A stretch of 32,070 bases of DNA from Candidatus Krumholzibacteriia bacterium (GCA_016744275.1 JADGEP010000002.1:1-32070); one strand, 5' to 3'; shown: positions 1 through 8,784, counted from the stretch's first letter. Notes: generated by a model from the letters alone, not told the origin. Program-made: numbers and translations.

Positions 1-98
1 CCAGTGAGCATATCATTTCTGCTATTGAGTCGGCGCCATACCCGCAAACGTCGTATCAAACCGAAATCGGAAACCCGGCTCTTCGGCGGTGGGTCGCA

Positions 99-473
99 TT
101 GCCGTGGGGAGCCCAGGTCACAATGGGAGGAGGACCACCTCCACATGCGCCGAAGATGGAGTTTGAAGTGGAGTTCGAATTGGCCGACGGAATATACAAT
201 CAGTTGAATTGGTCAATGCCTTCGAGCTACGCCAGCTTGCTTTCAGCAATGAAAGCGGCGATGCGCACCGAATTGAAAGGTGATTGGAGCAATATGATGT
301 GCGTGCGCAACAATTTCAATCTTGATTTGGACCGAGATCAACGGGCGATATGTTGGCGACTTGAGTCAAGCACTCAACCGCCAGGGCCCGTTCCGGGAAT
401 TCTATTTCCCAGCTATTGGGTGAAACTATCCGACCTGGATATCGACGTAGACTTGTGTGGAAATTTGATCTAG
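99..473 (+). CDS. hypothetical protein (orphan, 105-124 aa depending on start)
   Basis: ORF from the track. In-frame ATGs at 123 and 156 are alternative starts. It ends 27 nt before the next same-strand ORF, so the two look like an operon. No motif I recognise. Lies in the A+T-richer left segment. Confidence 0.4.
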   Translation: MPWGAQVTMGGGPPPHAPKMEFEVEFELADGIYNQLNWSMPSSYASLLSAMKAAMRTELKGDWSNMMCVRNNFNLDLDRDQRAICWRLESSTQPPGPVPGILFPSYWVKLSDLDIDVDLCGNLI

Positions 474-500
474 AGGTCCTATCAGACGTGAGGAATCATC

Positions 501-1622
501 GTGCCAAATCCTGAAGGTGCATCTCATTCGACCGACCCGGTGGCCGCCTGCCCCGTTACTCGCCCAATTCCTTTTGTGCATCCGATTTACTATCCCAATG
601 ACGCGGGGGAGTCTTGGACCAGGGACAGCAATGGTGACAGTGTCAATGACCTGGAACGATGGACATTGCTGGCGGAACCGACTGTGCGTACAAGTGGGAG
701 CCCCTTTATCAAGCTGACGCCCGCTTCTCCGGTAAAAGTCGGAACCGATATACAGCTGTGTGTCACCTGCCGAAATTCGGGTTGCACCGATGCATATGTC
801 GGTTTCGCGACGATTCAACTTTGTGCAGTGGGAACTGAGCTGCCCTGGGATTTGATCACCGTTGCTGATTCCATTCCCATGCGCCGGGAATCTGGTGATG
901 TGATTTCATGGCCGGCCGAAGGTCAGGATCTTTTAGTTGAGGACCCGGTAGCGGGCTGCTCCGGATTGTTCACTTGGTACTACCGGTTTCATGCCAAAGA
1001 ATCGTATGAGGGTCACCGTTGCCTATTGGTGACAACTTGGGGGTTCCCCGGCACCGACGGCCCGATGCCCTATCCGGAAAATGGGCGCCCGCACCCAGTG
1101 AAAGACCGCCATGTCGGGCAGAGAAACATGACCTTTCTGCCACTGGATCGAACGGAACCAGGGTCGGACGAGGGCTTCAGAACGGACGCCTCCACTCGGG
1201 GATTGCTGCCCGGTGAGACAAGAACGGCCACTTTTCCTGAGGTGCCGTCGGGGCGAGGGGCTTTTGCTTTTTGGATCGGAAACCGCAGCGCCGAAGACAA
1301 TCGATATCGAATCGGCATGCGCTTGATCGGCCCTGCAAGCGCACAGGGCGAACTATTGGATGAAGACTGGAATGAAAAAAATGCTGCCGAGTCTTGGTTG
1401 GCCAGCGCTCGCCTTTTGGCGGTGGCGCCGAGTGGTGAAGGTGAAGTCAGCAGCTTTTCCATGGAAACAGCGGCGCTGAGTATGCAAGGAGGCGAGTTCA
1501 GGGCCGTTGGGCTTCAATACCGACTAGGTGATTTCGAGCGGCCCTTTTTGGTCGAAATCGAGCAGGTTCGTTTGGGGCCTGAAAATGAAGTGATCGGGGA
1601 GTTGCAGATATTGTTTGGTTAG
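501..1622 (+). CDS. hypothetical protein, 373 aa, no signal peptide
   Basis: GTG start at 501 preceded by GAGGAA (490-495) with a 5-nt spacer. Long ORF with coding-like composition. Contains a CVTCRNSGC cysteine cluster. I cannot assign a family. Confidence 0.6.
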   Translation: MPNPEGASHSTDPVAACPVTRPIPFVHPIYYPNDAGESWTRDSNGDSVNDLERWTLLAEPTVRTSGSPFIKLTPASPVKVGTDIQLCVTCRNSGCTDAYVGFATIQLCAVGTELPWDLITVADSIPMRRESGDVISWPAEGQDLLVEDPVAGCSGLFTWYYRFHAKESYEGHRCLLVTTWGFPGTDGPMPYPENGRPHPVKDRHVGQRNMTFLPLDRTEPGSDEGFRTDASTRGLLPGETRTATFPEVPSGRGAFAFWIGNRSAEDNRYRIGMRLIGPASAQGELLDEDWNEKNAAESWLASARLLAVAPSGEGEVSSFSMETAALSMQGGEFRAVGLQYRLGDFERPFLVEIEQVRLGPENEVIGELQILFG

Positions 1623-1689
1623 TCCCTGTTTCAGCCGCAACTAGAAGGCGCTGCCAAGTCACACTAGAACGGGTTTCGTTGCCCATTTC

Positions 1690-2307
1690 CTATTCCCCCG
1701 GATCAGTCACCCAACTCTCAATTCCCACAACGGTATCAGTCTGCGCCTCACAGATCTCAATGCAGCTCCCCACCTCACCTTTGCAAGCCACGACCTGGGC
1801 GACATAGGAACTCTTGTAGAATCGCGAAACGAGCTCAGAGATCTTATTCCACGAAAAAACGAAAGAAATAATAGCAACTGCGGGCAGGGAAAATAGCGCT
1901 GCGTCCCCAATTTTAAGTTCGAAAAACAACCCTCCCATGCCGATTTTTTGAAAGATTCCAATGACGCTTGGGGCCAGACCAATCAGCCCAAGGCCCACCA
2001 CCGCCGCAACCTTCCAATAGACCAGTCGCAATTCTTTGACAGTAACGGCGACAGCTATTTTGGATTGAGGTACTGCTGCCGGCCCGATGCGATAGAGAAG
2101 ACCAATTTCCATGGGGCCTTCGTTCTTGGGAAACTTGAACGTATTGCGGCCGGTTCGGTAGGGCCCATCAACTTCAATGTCGTCTCCAAAGAGGAATTCC
2201 ACGACCGCGGGCCTATTCTTCGCCGTAAGGCGCAGTGCCCTGTTCACGAAAACAGCATCACCCGGGTGGGCCTTTTTGGGCCAAGCCAGTCGCTCTACGT
2301 GGCACAT
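1690..2307 (-). CDS. small membrane protein: ~95-aa soluble N-domain, two hydrophobic helices, Cys-containing acidic C-tail
   Basis: ATG at 2307 preceded on the minus strand by AAGGAG with a 6-nt spacer, only 16 nt after the stop of the upstream NTPase gene. Hydrophobic segments are VYWKVAAVVGLGLIGLAPSVIGIF and AALFSLPAVAIISFVFSW. Confidence 0.7.
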   Translation of the reverse strand: MCHVERLAWPKKAHPGDAVFVNRALRLTAKNRPAVVEFLFGDDIEVDGPYRTGRNTFKFPKNEGPMEIGLLYRIGPAAVPQSKIAVAVTVKELRLVYWKVAAVVGLGLIGLAPSVIGIFQKIGMGGLFFELKIGDAALFSLPAVAIISFVFSWNKISELVSRFYKSSYVAQVVACKGEVGSCIEICEAQTDTVVGIESWVTDPGE

Positions 2308-2322
2308 GTGAGCTCCTTTATA

Positions 2323-4101
2323 TCAGTCGATTATTGCAATGTCGTCTTCTTCTGGGCTGTGATAGACAACACCGGCCGGGTAGTTGGATGGAACGGTTCT
2401 GATCGAATCCGACAAGAGTGGGTGCATTGCACAAACACTCTTTTCATTGGGCTCAAGAAACCCGGGAACGTTGTATTCGAAATCAGTCATGTAATAGCGC
2501 TTTTGATTGCCTTCGGGTTCTTCCCATTCGTGAGCAGGGAGATTGACCACGCCCATCAGCCCGCTTCGCAGAAGCACCCGAATCATATCCTCCAGCAACA
2601 GGTCCTTTCGGCTCCCTTCGTAGCGGCTATAGACCCTTTTCATGCATTCCCTGAGTGCTGGGTAGTGGATGATTTTTGGCTCGTTTTCCATGACATGACG
2701 AATCAAATCAGAAAGATTAGTCGCCCACCTCAAGCCTGGCGGGATCCCAAATACGGCGAGGCTGTCCGTCATCAATTGCATCAGGTTTCCGGTGGAATGA
2801 AGCCCAGTGACAATGGCGGACTCAGAGAGAATAGGAAGCGCCGAGTCTTCCAGCATGCACTGAACGATGTAGTTCATGCTGCTCAGGATCTCTCGGGGGC
2901 GTTTTTGGGTATGACGAATGAGGTAAGCTGCTGAATCTTCATTCCATCCGAGCAGATTCGTGATCTCGGGTACAGCAAACAATTGCCACACGTGATCCCG
3001 GTACACCTTGTTGCCCAGCAACTTCTCTTGTTTGATTCTTGAAACCGTTTCCCGTACGCGGTGTCCCAATTCAAGGGCATGGGGGATGTCTTGCCCCTTT
3101 TTGAGAAGAAATCCTGAATACCGCAGGGCGATAAACTCGATCAATTCGGAGTAGTGCCAATCCAGGGTGACCGTCTGGGCGCGATACTTCATTTCTTTTT
3201 CAAGGAAGACGTACGGGGTCAATTCAGCGGGAAGGAAACACTTCAGGTGAACATTCGGCCCGCCGACCTCCTTTTCGTGAAAACGCGACACTGCTCGACA
3301 TAGCCCACGGTAAGGAGCAAGCTGAATCTCATCCGGGGCGTACCGTTCTCTGGTATCAATCGAAATAAACAGGCTGTTGTCGCGCATGATATCCGTTGTC
3401 AGCGACCAGATTCTTTGTGGCGTTCCTTCTTCTATCAAGCCCTGAAGGCGACCGGAAAATACGACCAAGGCATTGGGGCCCGCCGTACAGGCCAGCAGCT
3501 CGTTCATGATTCTATCGTAGGCAATACGGGGTGGTTCTTGAATTGCTCCATTGCCATCTTCGAGGAAAGACTTGATGGGTTCCAGGGTCTCGGCCGGCGT
3601 GCCGTCTTCTTGGGCAATTTTGTATGCGGAACTTGTCACACAGATATTTATCAAATATGACCATATCCGATCATATATGTTGATGACGTTTGCGACTGGC
3701 AGCGTAAAGCCACCGTTCAGAGAAATGATGGACGTCAACAGTTGATCGTGTAAGTCGCGGTAGTATTCTTCTCGGAGGTAGATCGTGCTGCGAAACCCAC
3801 CTCTCTGGGCCATCCAATATGAGACAGCAGACTTTCCTGCACCGCGTCGACCACATACGAACGGATAATCCGTTGTCATGGCCAGCTTGTTCTTCTCAGT
3901 TGTGACAAAATTTGCGAGAAGAAACGTCGATTTTTCATGGTTCGAATCCGAACTCAAATTCCCAAGATGAGGAACCATATCTTTGGCATCGCGCATTCGT
4001 CCCCGCATAGTCTCTCCAGTCATGTTTTGCGGGTGCAAATATACAGCTTTTCGTAGGGCTATGTTGCTGACCCAATGGGTCCGGTGTCCCAGTTCCTGCA
4101 T
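2323..4101 (-). CDS. P-loop NTPase of unassigned family, 592 aa
   Basis: Walker A GRRGAGKS is encoded at 3829-3852 on the minus strand. A candidate Walker B-like strand LFISID lies ~165 residues downstream. The ~330-aa C-terminal region matches no family I know. It is the only long ORF over this span. Confidence 0.8.
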   Translation of the reverse strand: MQELGHRTHWVSNIALRKAVYLHPQNMTGETMRGRMRDAKDMVPHLGNLSSDSNHEKSTFLLANFVTTEKNKLAMTTDYPFVCGRRGAGKSAVSYWMAQRGGFRSTIYLREEYYRDLHDQLLTSIISLNGGFTLPVANVINIYDRIWSYLINICVTSSAYKIAQEDGTPAETLEPIKSFLEDGNGAIQEPPRIAYDRIMNELLACTAGPNALVVFSGRLQGLIEEGTPQRIWSLTTDIMRDNSLFISIDTRERYAPDEIQLAPYRGLCRAVSRFHEKEVGGPNVHLKCFLPAELTPYVFLEKEMKYRAQTVTLDWHYSELIEFIALRYSGFLLKKGQDIPHALELGHRVRETVSRIKQEKLLGNKVYRDHVWQLFAVPEITNLLGWNEDSAAYLIRHTQKRPREILSSMNYIVQCMLEDSALPILSESAIVTGLHSTGNLMQLMTDSLAVFGIPPGLRWATNLSDLIRHVMENEPKIIHYPALRECMKRVYSRYEGSRKDLLLEDMIRVLLRSGLMGVVNLPAHEWEEPEGNQKRYYMTDFEYNVPGFLEPNEKSVCAMHPLLSDSIRTVPSNYPAGVVYHSPEEDDIAIID

Positions 4102-4229
4102 TTGTCGCAGCGGTTTGGGAAATTACAAAAAGAGAAACTGTATTTTGCGCCCTAAAACGGTCTTGCTACTGGGTGTGTTTATAAATATGCAATTCAAAGC
4201 AGCGCCCTCTATAGGCTAATCATGGAGAC

Positions 4230-4238
4230 ATTGTACCA
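4230..4238 (-). promoter_or_regulatory. possible extended -10 element (TGgTACAAT) upstream of the NTPase operon
   Basis: The minus strand reads TGGTACAAT ~130 nt upstream of the ATG at 4101, inside an A+T-rich 195-bp intergenic region. I found no convincing -35. The promoter consensus for this lineage is unknown. Confidence 0.25.
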
Positions 4239-4296
4239 TGTTATCGCGCTGTTTTTTTAGAAAATTCGATTCTCAACCGACAATCTTGAATCAATC

Positions 4297-5379
4297 TCAA
4301 CGATCTTCCTTCTCACCAGCCCCCCAAACCTCGCCAACGGTCTGACAAAGAGCCGCCGCATCCTCCGCAAATCCCCCCTCAATAGAACTCTTGCGAGCCA
4401 ACCCATCCATCACAACCGGATAAAGCACCCGCGCCATCAAATCAATCTTCCGATCCCCATACCAAGGACGACTCCACTTGAACCGCTTCGGTTCAAACCG
4501 CCGCCTGAACTCCACATTGCCCAAAACCGCAGCCAGAGGCTCCTCCAACACATCCAACCGACCAACTGACCGCCACGTATCCGGACAAGCAGCCAATACC
4601 ACGTCACTAACCAAACGCTTCTGCTCAGGGGACTGCATCGCCGAAATCACATGCACAGCTTCGTGAACAACAACATCGGCATTGGACATCGTTTCACCTT
4701 CATACGGCCGCACACGCAACAGAAGGTAGGGGCCATTCGGATTCGCAACAATGCGGTCTGCATCGGGCCACCACACGTACAGAGCCGTGAACGTCGTGCT
4801 ATCAGAAACACCAAAAAACCCAGAAATTTCATTCAAATAAGAACCAACACCCTCGGCCTCGAGAACCTGGCGAGTCCGTTCCAGTGATGACGCCACCAAG
4901 GGCTCGGTCGAGCCGGTAATCCGTTCCATCCGATCAGAAAAATGCGCGTAGAATGAGCGCAGGAAATCGACCTCGTCCGGATCGACAATTTGCTGCAACC
5001 GCTGGAACGATTCTTCCAAGGTTGCCGAGCCGTAGAACGCATAGGCAACGGGATCCGCATTCAACACCGCCCTGTCGGTGAACAAGCCACTCCGGTTCGC
5101 CGTGGGGCTGTCGTTTTCCTGGCCTGTCTTGTCATAGTAGCGGTTGCGAATTTGAGCGTACTCTGCAAACAACAGCGAATCCGCCGGTGCGATTTCGAAC
5201 GAATCAACCCATGCCTCTCGGTAGGCCAATTCCGTATAACCTGGCCACCATTGGCTGACGTTGTCCATCAATTCGAAGGCATCGGCGGACCGGCTATAAC
5301 GCACCTCAATTTGCACACCGGCAGCCGCCAGGTTGAACATGAATGCCACCGTGATGAATGTCAGAATCGCAAGGCGCAT
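4297..5379 (-). CDS. secreted HExxH-motif protein (putative zinc metallopeptidase-like)
   Basis: The preferred start is the ATG at 5379, with GGAGA 7 nt upstream on the minus strand, giving the signal-peptide-like N-terminus MRLAILTFITVAFMFNLAAAG. The track ORF starts 11 codons earlier, at 5412. The HEAVH motif is encoded at 4651-4665. Confidence 0.7.
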   Translation of the reverse strand: MRLAILTFITVAFMFNLAAAGVQIEVRYSRSADAFELMDNVSQWWPGYTELAYREAWVDSFEIAPADSLLFAEYAQIRNRYYDKTGQENDSPTANRSGLFTDRAVLNADPVAYAFYGSATLEESFQRLQQIVDPDEVDFLRSFYAHFSDRMERITGSTEPLVASSLERTRQVLEAEGVGSYLNEISGFFGVSDSTTFTALYVWWPDADRIVANPNGPYLLLRVRPYEGETMSNADVVVHEAVHVISAMQSPEQKRLVSDVVLAACPDTWRSVGRLDVLEEPLAAVLGNVEFRRRFEPKRFKWSRPWYGDRKIDLMARVLYPVVMDGLARKSSIEGGFAEDAAALCQTVGEVWGAGEKEDR

Positions 5380-5505
5380 CAAGATTTCTCCGTGATTAAA
5401 TCGAAATTGCACGCCCGTTTTCGGCGCAGGTCTATACTACAGCCACTGTACTCTTTCTCAGAAATCCGACAAGAAAATAGAGGGCTTCGGGGCATCTGCC
5501 CCCTT

Positions 5506-5565
5506 CGAATAAAAAAACCGGGTGATCGAATAAAAAAACCGGGTGATCGAATAAAAAACCGGGGG
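5506..5565. repeat. 21-bp tandem direct repeat, about 2.7 copies (CGAATAAAAAAACCGGGTGAT)
   Basis: Read directly from the sequence. There are two perfect 21-nt units, then a third that diverges after AAAAAACCGGGGG. Each unit carries an A6-7 tract. The repeat sits in the 285-bp divergent intergenic region between the HExxH gene and the LVIVD gene. Confidence 0.9.
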
Positions 5566-5664
5566 AGATTTTCATTCCCTCAAAACATCCCTAAGACCAG
5601 GAGTTCCGACGACACCCATTCCGGTACGCTCCTTCACCGCCACTGTCAATGCATTGGAGCCGCC

Positions 5665-8600
5665 GTGAAAAACCCACTTCTGCATACAGCCCTCTTGGCC
5701 ACCTTCCTGGCCTTCAACACTCCCACCACCGCCCAACCCTCCCTAACCGAATCCTTCACCACCACAACCTACCAATACCAACCCACCACCCAACAACCCA
5801 ACTGGAACACCACCACCGCCCAACTCCACCTCAACCCTTTCACCTCCTCCCTGGCCGGCCAAGCCGCCGCCCCAGGCAACCTCCGCCACATTGCCACCCA
5901 CGGCCGCTACGCCTACCTCGCCGCCGGCACCGCAGGCATCCAAATCCTCGACCTCGCCAACCCCGCCTTACCCATCCTGGTCGGCACCCACAACACCCCC
6001 GGCGACGCTATACAGATCCACCTCGACGGCAACTACGCCTACGTCGCCGACCAGTCCGCCGGCCTGCGCGTCCTCGACATCACCAACCCCGTCGCGCCCG
6101 TCGAAATCGCCTCCCTGACCACCGCCGACCCGGCCGTGAGCATCACCGCAGACGGCAACTTCGCCTTCGTCGGCGTCGGCAAATTTGGCATCGAGATCAT
6201 CGACATCACCAACCCCAAAATTCCCGTCCAGCTGACGATCATCGACACCGACGGCGATGCCACCCAGGCTATCAAGGTCGCCGGCGACCACCTCTACATC
6301 GCCGACAACACCAAGGGCCTGGTCGTCATCGACATTTCCAACCCCCTGGTGCCGATTCCGGTCTCCGGCACCGCCGGCCCGGGCGACGCCCTCGACCTGG
6401 AGATCCATGGCGATCTGGCCTACATCTCGGCCAAAGGGTTCGGCCTGTGGATCGCCGACATTTCCGATCCCACCCAGCCCAGCGTGGTGGGCGCCGAGGC
6501 CCTCAGCGGCGAGGTTCTGGGCCTGCACCTCCAGGGCAACCGCGTCTTCATGGCCAACATGGGAGGGGCCCTGCAGGTGGTCGACGTGTCCGACCCCACC
6601 GCGCCCTTTGTCACCGAAACCATCGCCACCCCGGACGCAGCCGCCGACGTGCTCGTCCGCGGCGCTTACGCCTTTGTCGCTCTGCCCGGAGAAGGGCTGC
6701 AGACGGTTCACGTCGCCGACCAAATCGTGCCCGCCCTGCGCACCAGCGGCAGCCTGGGCTCCGGCGGACAAGACGCCGCGACTCAGGGCTCTTTGGTATT
6801 TGAGTCGCATATAAGCGCCGTCCGCATCTCCGACTATTCCGATCCCGACAACCCCGTGCAGTTGGGATCATTCAGCCAGGTGAGCTCGGCCCACGGCGTC
6901 GCCGTTGCCGGTGACCTGATGGTGATCGGAAGCAATTCCGGTTGCACCACGGTGGACATCACCGATCCCACTTCTCCGGCGTTTCTCGGGTCGGTGCACA
7001 ATGGGAAAGAGGCCTGGGATCTGGCTCTCAGCGGAAACCACGCGTATTTGGTTTCTTCGAGCGGGTTCGACGACTACCTGGAAGTGGTCGATTTCAGCAA
7101 TCCGAACTCTCTGGCCATAGTCAACACCGTGAGTTTGGCCGGGTACACCACCGGGATCGTCGCGGAGGGAAACCTGCTCTTTCTCTTCGGATACACTGGC
7201 CATGTGCTGGTGATGGACATTTCAGACCCCACCCAGCCGGTTGCCTTGAGCAGCTATTTTCCCGGCACCAACATCTTTGGCCTGGATGTCGAAGGAGACC
7301 TGGCCTATCTGGCGTGCCAGGACGGTGTCCTGCGGGTCTTGGATATCAGCGACCCGGCGGTTCCGTTTCTGGCCGGGTCCGCCTCTCCAGGCTCAGGCAG
7401 CATGAGTGACGTGGTCGTGATCGGCGACATGCTGTATGTGGCGCAAGGCGACCGGGTGGAGCAGATGAGTCTCACCGATCCGGTGAACCCCGCCTGGACA
7501 GCCAACAGCTTCTATCAAGGCCGCTTTTACAATCGACTTCTGCCCTTGGGCGGGTTGATGTTGGCGGTGGCAGGCACCCGCACCGACGTCCTGGCGCCGC
7601 TCCAATACGATGTGGACCTCGCCAATCGCTTTGGCGCTTCGCTGCTTTACCCCACCGGCCCGGGCAACATCGCGCGGTACCGGCTCACCTCCAACCACAC
7701 CGGCCCCGTGGCCTGGAGCGTGAACGTCGCCAACGCCAACGGATTCATTCCCACCAATCCTGGCCAGTGGTACCAATTCGACAACCTGGGCCCAGGGGTC
7801 GGTTGGCTCGCCGAACTTGGCTACGCCCCGGGTGTGGTCACGGCCATCGACGACGTGACCATCGAGTGGCTGTACCAGGCTCCCTTCATTCACGAAGTCG
7901 CCGACGTTCCCGACGACCAGGGCGGGCAGGTGCGCCTGGAATGGGCCCGCAGCGCCTACGACGAAATCGGGGCCAATCCCGAGATCACGCAATACGCCGT
8001 ATACCGCGAGGCCGCCGCCGGCAACGGCTGGGATTTCCTGCTCACGGTGCCGGTGCTGCTGCAGGACCGCTACTCGGTAGTGGTGTCCACCCTGGCTGAT
8101 TCCACCATCAGCGGCGGCGCCCACTTCACCAGCTTCCAGGTCGTGGCCTTGACCGCAACCCCGGGCCAGTTCTTCACTTCGAACCCGGACAGCGGCAGCT
8201 CGGTGGACAATCTGGCCCCGCAAATGCCCCAGGGCATCACCGCCGCCTACGCCGCCGATGGCGTGGACCTCAACTGGCAGGGCGGCAATGAATCGGACTT
8301 GTGTTGCTACCGCGTTTATCGCGACACCCAACCCGGTTTTACGCCCACCGCGGCCAACTTGATACAACAGGTGGGGGCCACCTTTTTCACCGACAACACC
8401 AGCTCGCCCTGGGCCTATCACTACCAGATCACGGCTGTGGATTTGGCGGGGAATGAAAGCCCCGCCGGTGAGGTCTTGAGCGCGACTGATGCGCCGGGTA
8501 TTGCCGCGAGGTTCGCCCTTAAGGGCGCGGTGCCCAATCCGTTCAACCCGGCGACGGAGATCCGGTATTCATTGGCACGCGCGGGGGCGGTGCAGTTGTC

Positions 8601-8784
8601 GGTGTACGACGTGGCCGGACGCTGCGTGCGCACCTTGGTTGATGACGTGTTGCCCCTCGGTAATCATCAGGCGCGTTGGGATGGGCGCAATCAGAGCGGC
8701 CAGGCGGTGGCTTCAGGCGTGTACTTCGCGCGCTTGCGCAGCGGGAGAGAAGTGCAGAGCCAGCGCATGATGTTGATGAAATGA
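5665..8784 (+). CDS. LVIVD-repeat surface protein with FN3-like region and FlgD-Ig/T9SS-type C-terminal domain
   Basis: GTG at 5665 with GGAG 5 nt upstream and the signal peptide VKNPLLHTALLATFLAFNTPTTAQP. Many repeats follow the LVIVD pattern (G-YAYVA----GL-V-DISNP--P). The C-terminus is VPNPFNPATEIRYSL...WDGRNQSGQAVASGVYFARL...MLMK. The track ORF start at 4990 is an antisense extension into the neighbouring gene. Confidence 0.85.
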   Translation: MKNPLLHTALLATFLAFNTPTTAQPSLTESFTTTTYQYQPTTQQPNWNTTTAQLHLNPFTSSLAGQAAAPGNLRHIATHGRYAYLAAGTAGIQILDLANPALPILVGTHNTPGDAIQIHLDGNYAYVADQSAGLRVLDITNPVAPVEIASLTTADPAVSITADGNFAFVGVGKFGIEIIDITNPKIPVQLTIIDTDGDATQAIKVAGDHLYIADNTKGLVVIDISNPLVPIPVSGTAGPGDALDLEIHGDLAYISAKGFGLWIADISDPTQPSVVGAEALSGEVLGLHLQGNRVFMANMGGALQVVDVSDPTAPFVTETIATPDAAADVLVRGAYAFVALPGEGLQTVHVADQIVPALRTSGSLGSGGQDAATQGSLVFESHISAVRISDYSDPDNPVQLGSFSQVSSAHGVAVAGDLMVIGSNSGCTTVDITDPTSPAFLGSVHNGKEAWDLALSGNHAYLVSSSGFDDYLEVVDFSNPNSLAIVNTVSLAGYTTGIVAEGNLLFLFGYTGHVLVMDISDPTQPVALSSYFPGTNIFGLDVEGDLAYLACQDGVLRVLDISDPAVPFLAGSASPGSGSMSDVVVIGDMLYVAQGDRVEQMSLTDPVNPAWTANSFYQGRFYNRLLPLGGLMLAVAGTRTDVLAPLQYDVDLANRFGASLLYPTGPGNIARYRLTSNHTGPVAWSVNVANANGFIPTNPGQWYQFDNLGPGVGWLAELGYAPGVVTAIDDVTIEWLYQAPFIHEVADVPDDQGGQVRLEWARSAYDEIGANPEITQYAVYREAAAGNGWDFLLTVPVLLQDRYSVVVSTLADSTISGGAHFTSFQVVALTATPGQFFTSNPDSGSSVDNLAPQMPQGITAAYAADGVDLNWQGGNESDLCCYRVYRDTQPGFTPTAANLIQQVGATFFTDNTSSPWAYHYQITAVDLAGNESPAGEVLSATDAPGIAARFALKGAVPNPFNPATEIRYSLARAGAVQLSVYDVAGRCVRTLVDDVLPLGNHQARWDGRNQSGQAVASGVYFARLRSGREVQSQRMMLMK
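8512..8781 (+). other. C-terminal sorting-type domain (FlgD-Ig / Por secretion tail-like), copy 1
   Basis: About 90 aa, paralogous to 26525-26797. The two share the 21-nt DNA string GTGCCCAATCCGTTCAACCCG. Confidence 0.75.

Noticed and set aside
3939-3949. GGTTCGAATCC, the canonical tRNA T-loop string
   Set aside because: The flanks do not form a T-stem (CATGG versus CCGAA), there is no acceptor or anticodon arm, and it lies inside the NTPase coding frame. It is a chance match.
5407-5438. TTGCAC ... TATACT as a sigma70 promoter for the LVIVD gene
   Set aside because: The spacer is 20 nt, outside the usual 16-19 range, and the promoter consensus of this lineage is unknown.
5506-5565. Tandem 21-bp repeat considered as a CRISPR array
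   Set aside because: There are only ~2.7 directly abutting copies, with no spacers and no cas genes. It is a simple tandem repeat.
4990-5664. N-terminal 225 codons of the 1264-aa track ORF (4990-8784)
   Set aside because: This part runs antisense through the HExxH gene and the intergenic repeat. It has an R/C/H-rich junk composition and no RBS. A GTG at 5665 with GGAG upstream and a proper signal peptide explains the real gene.
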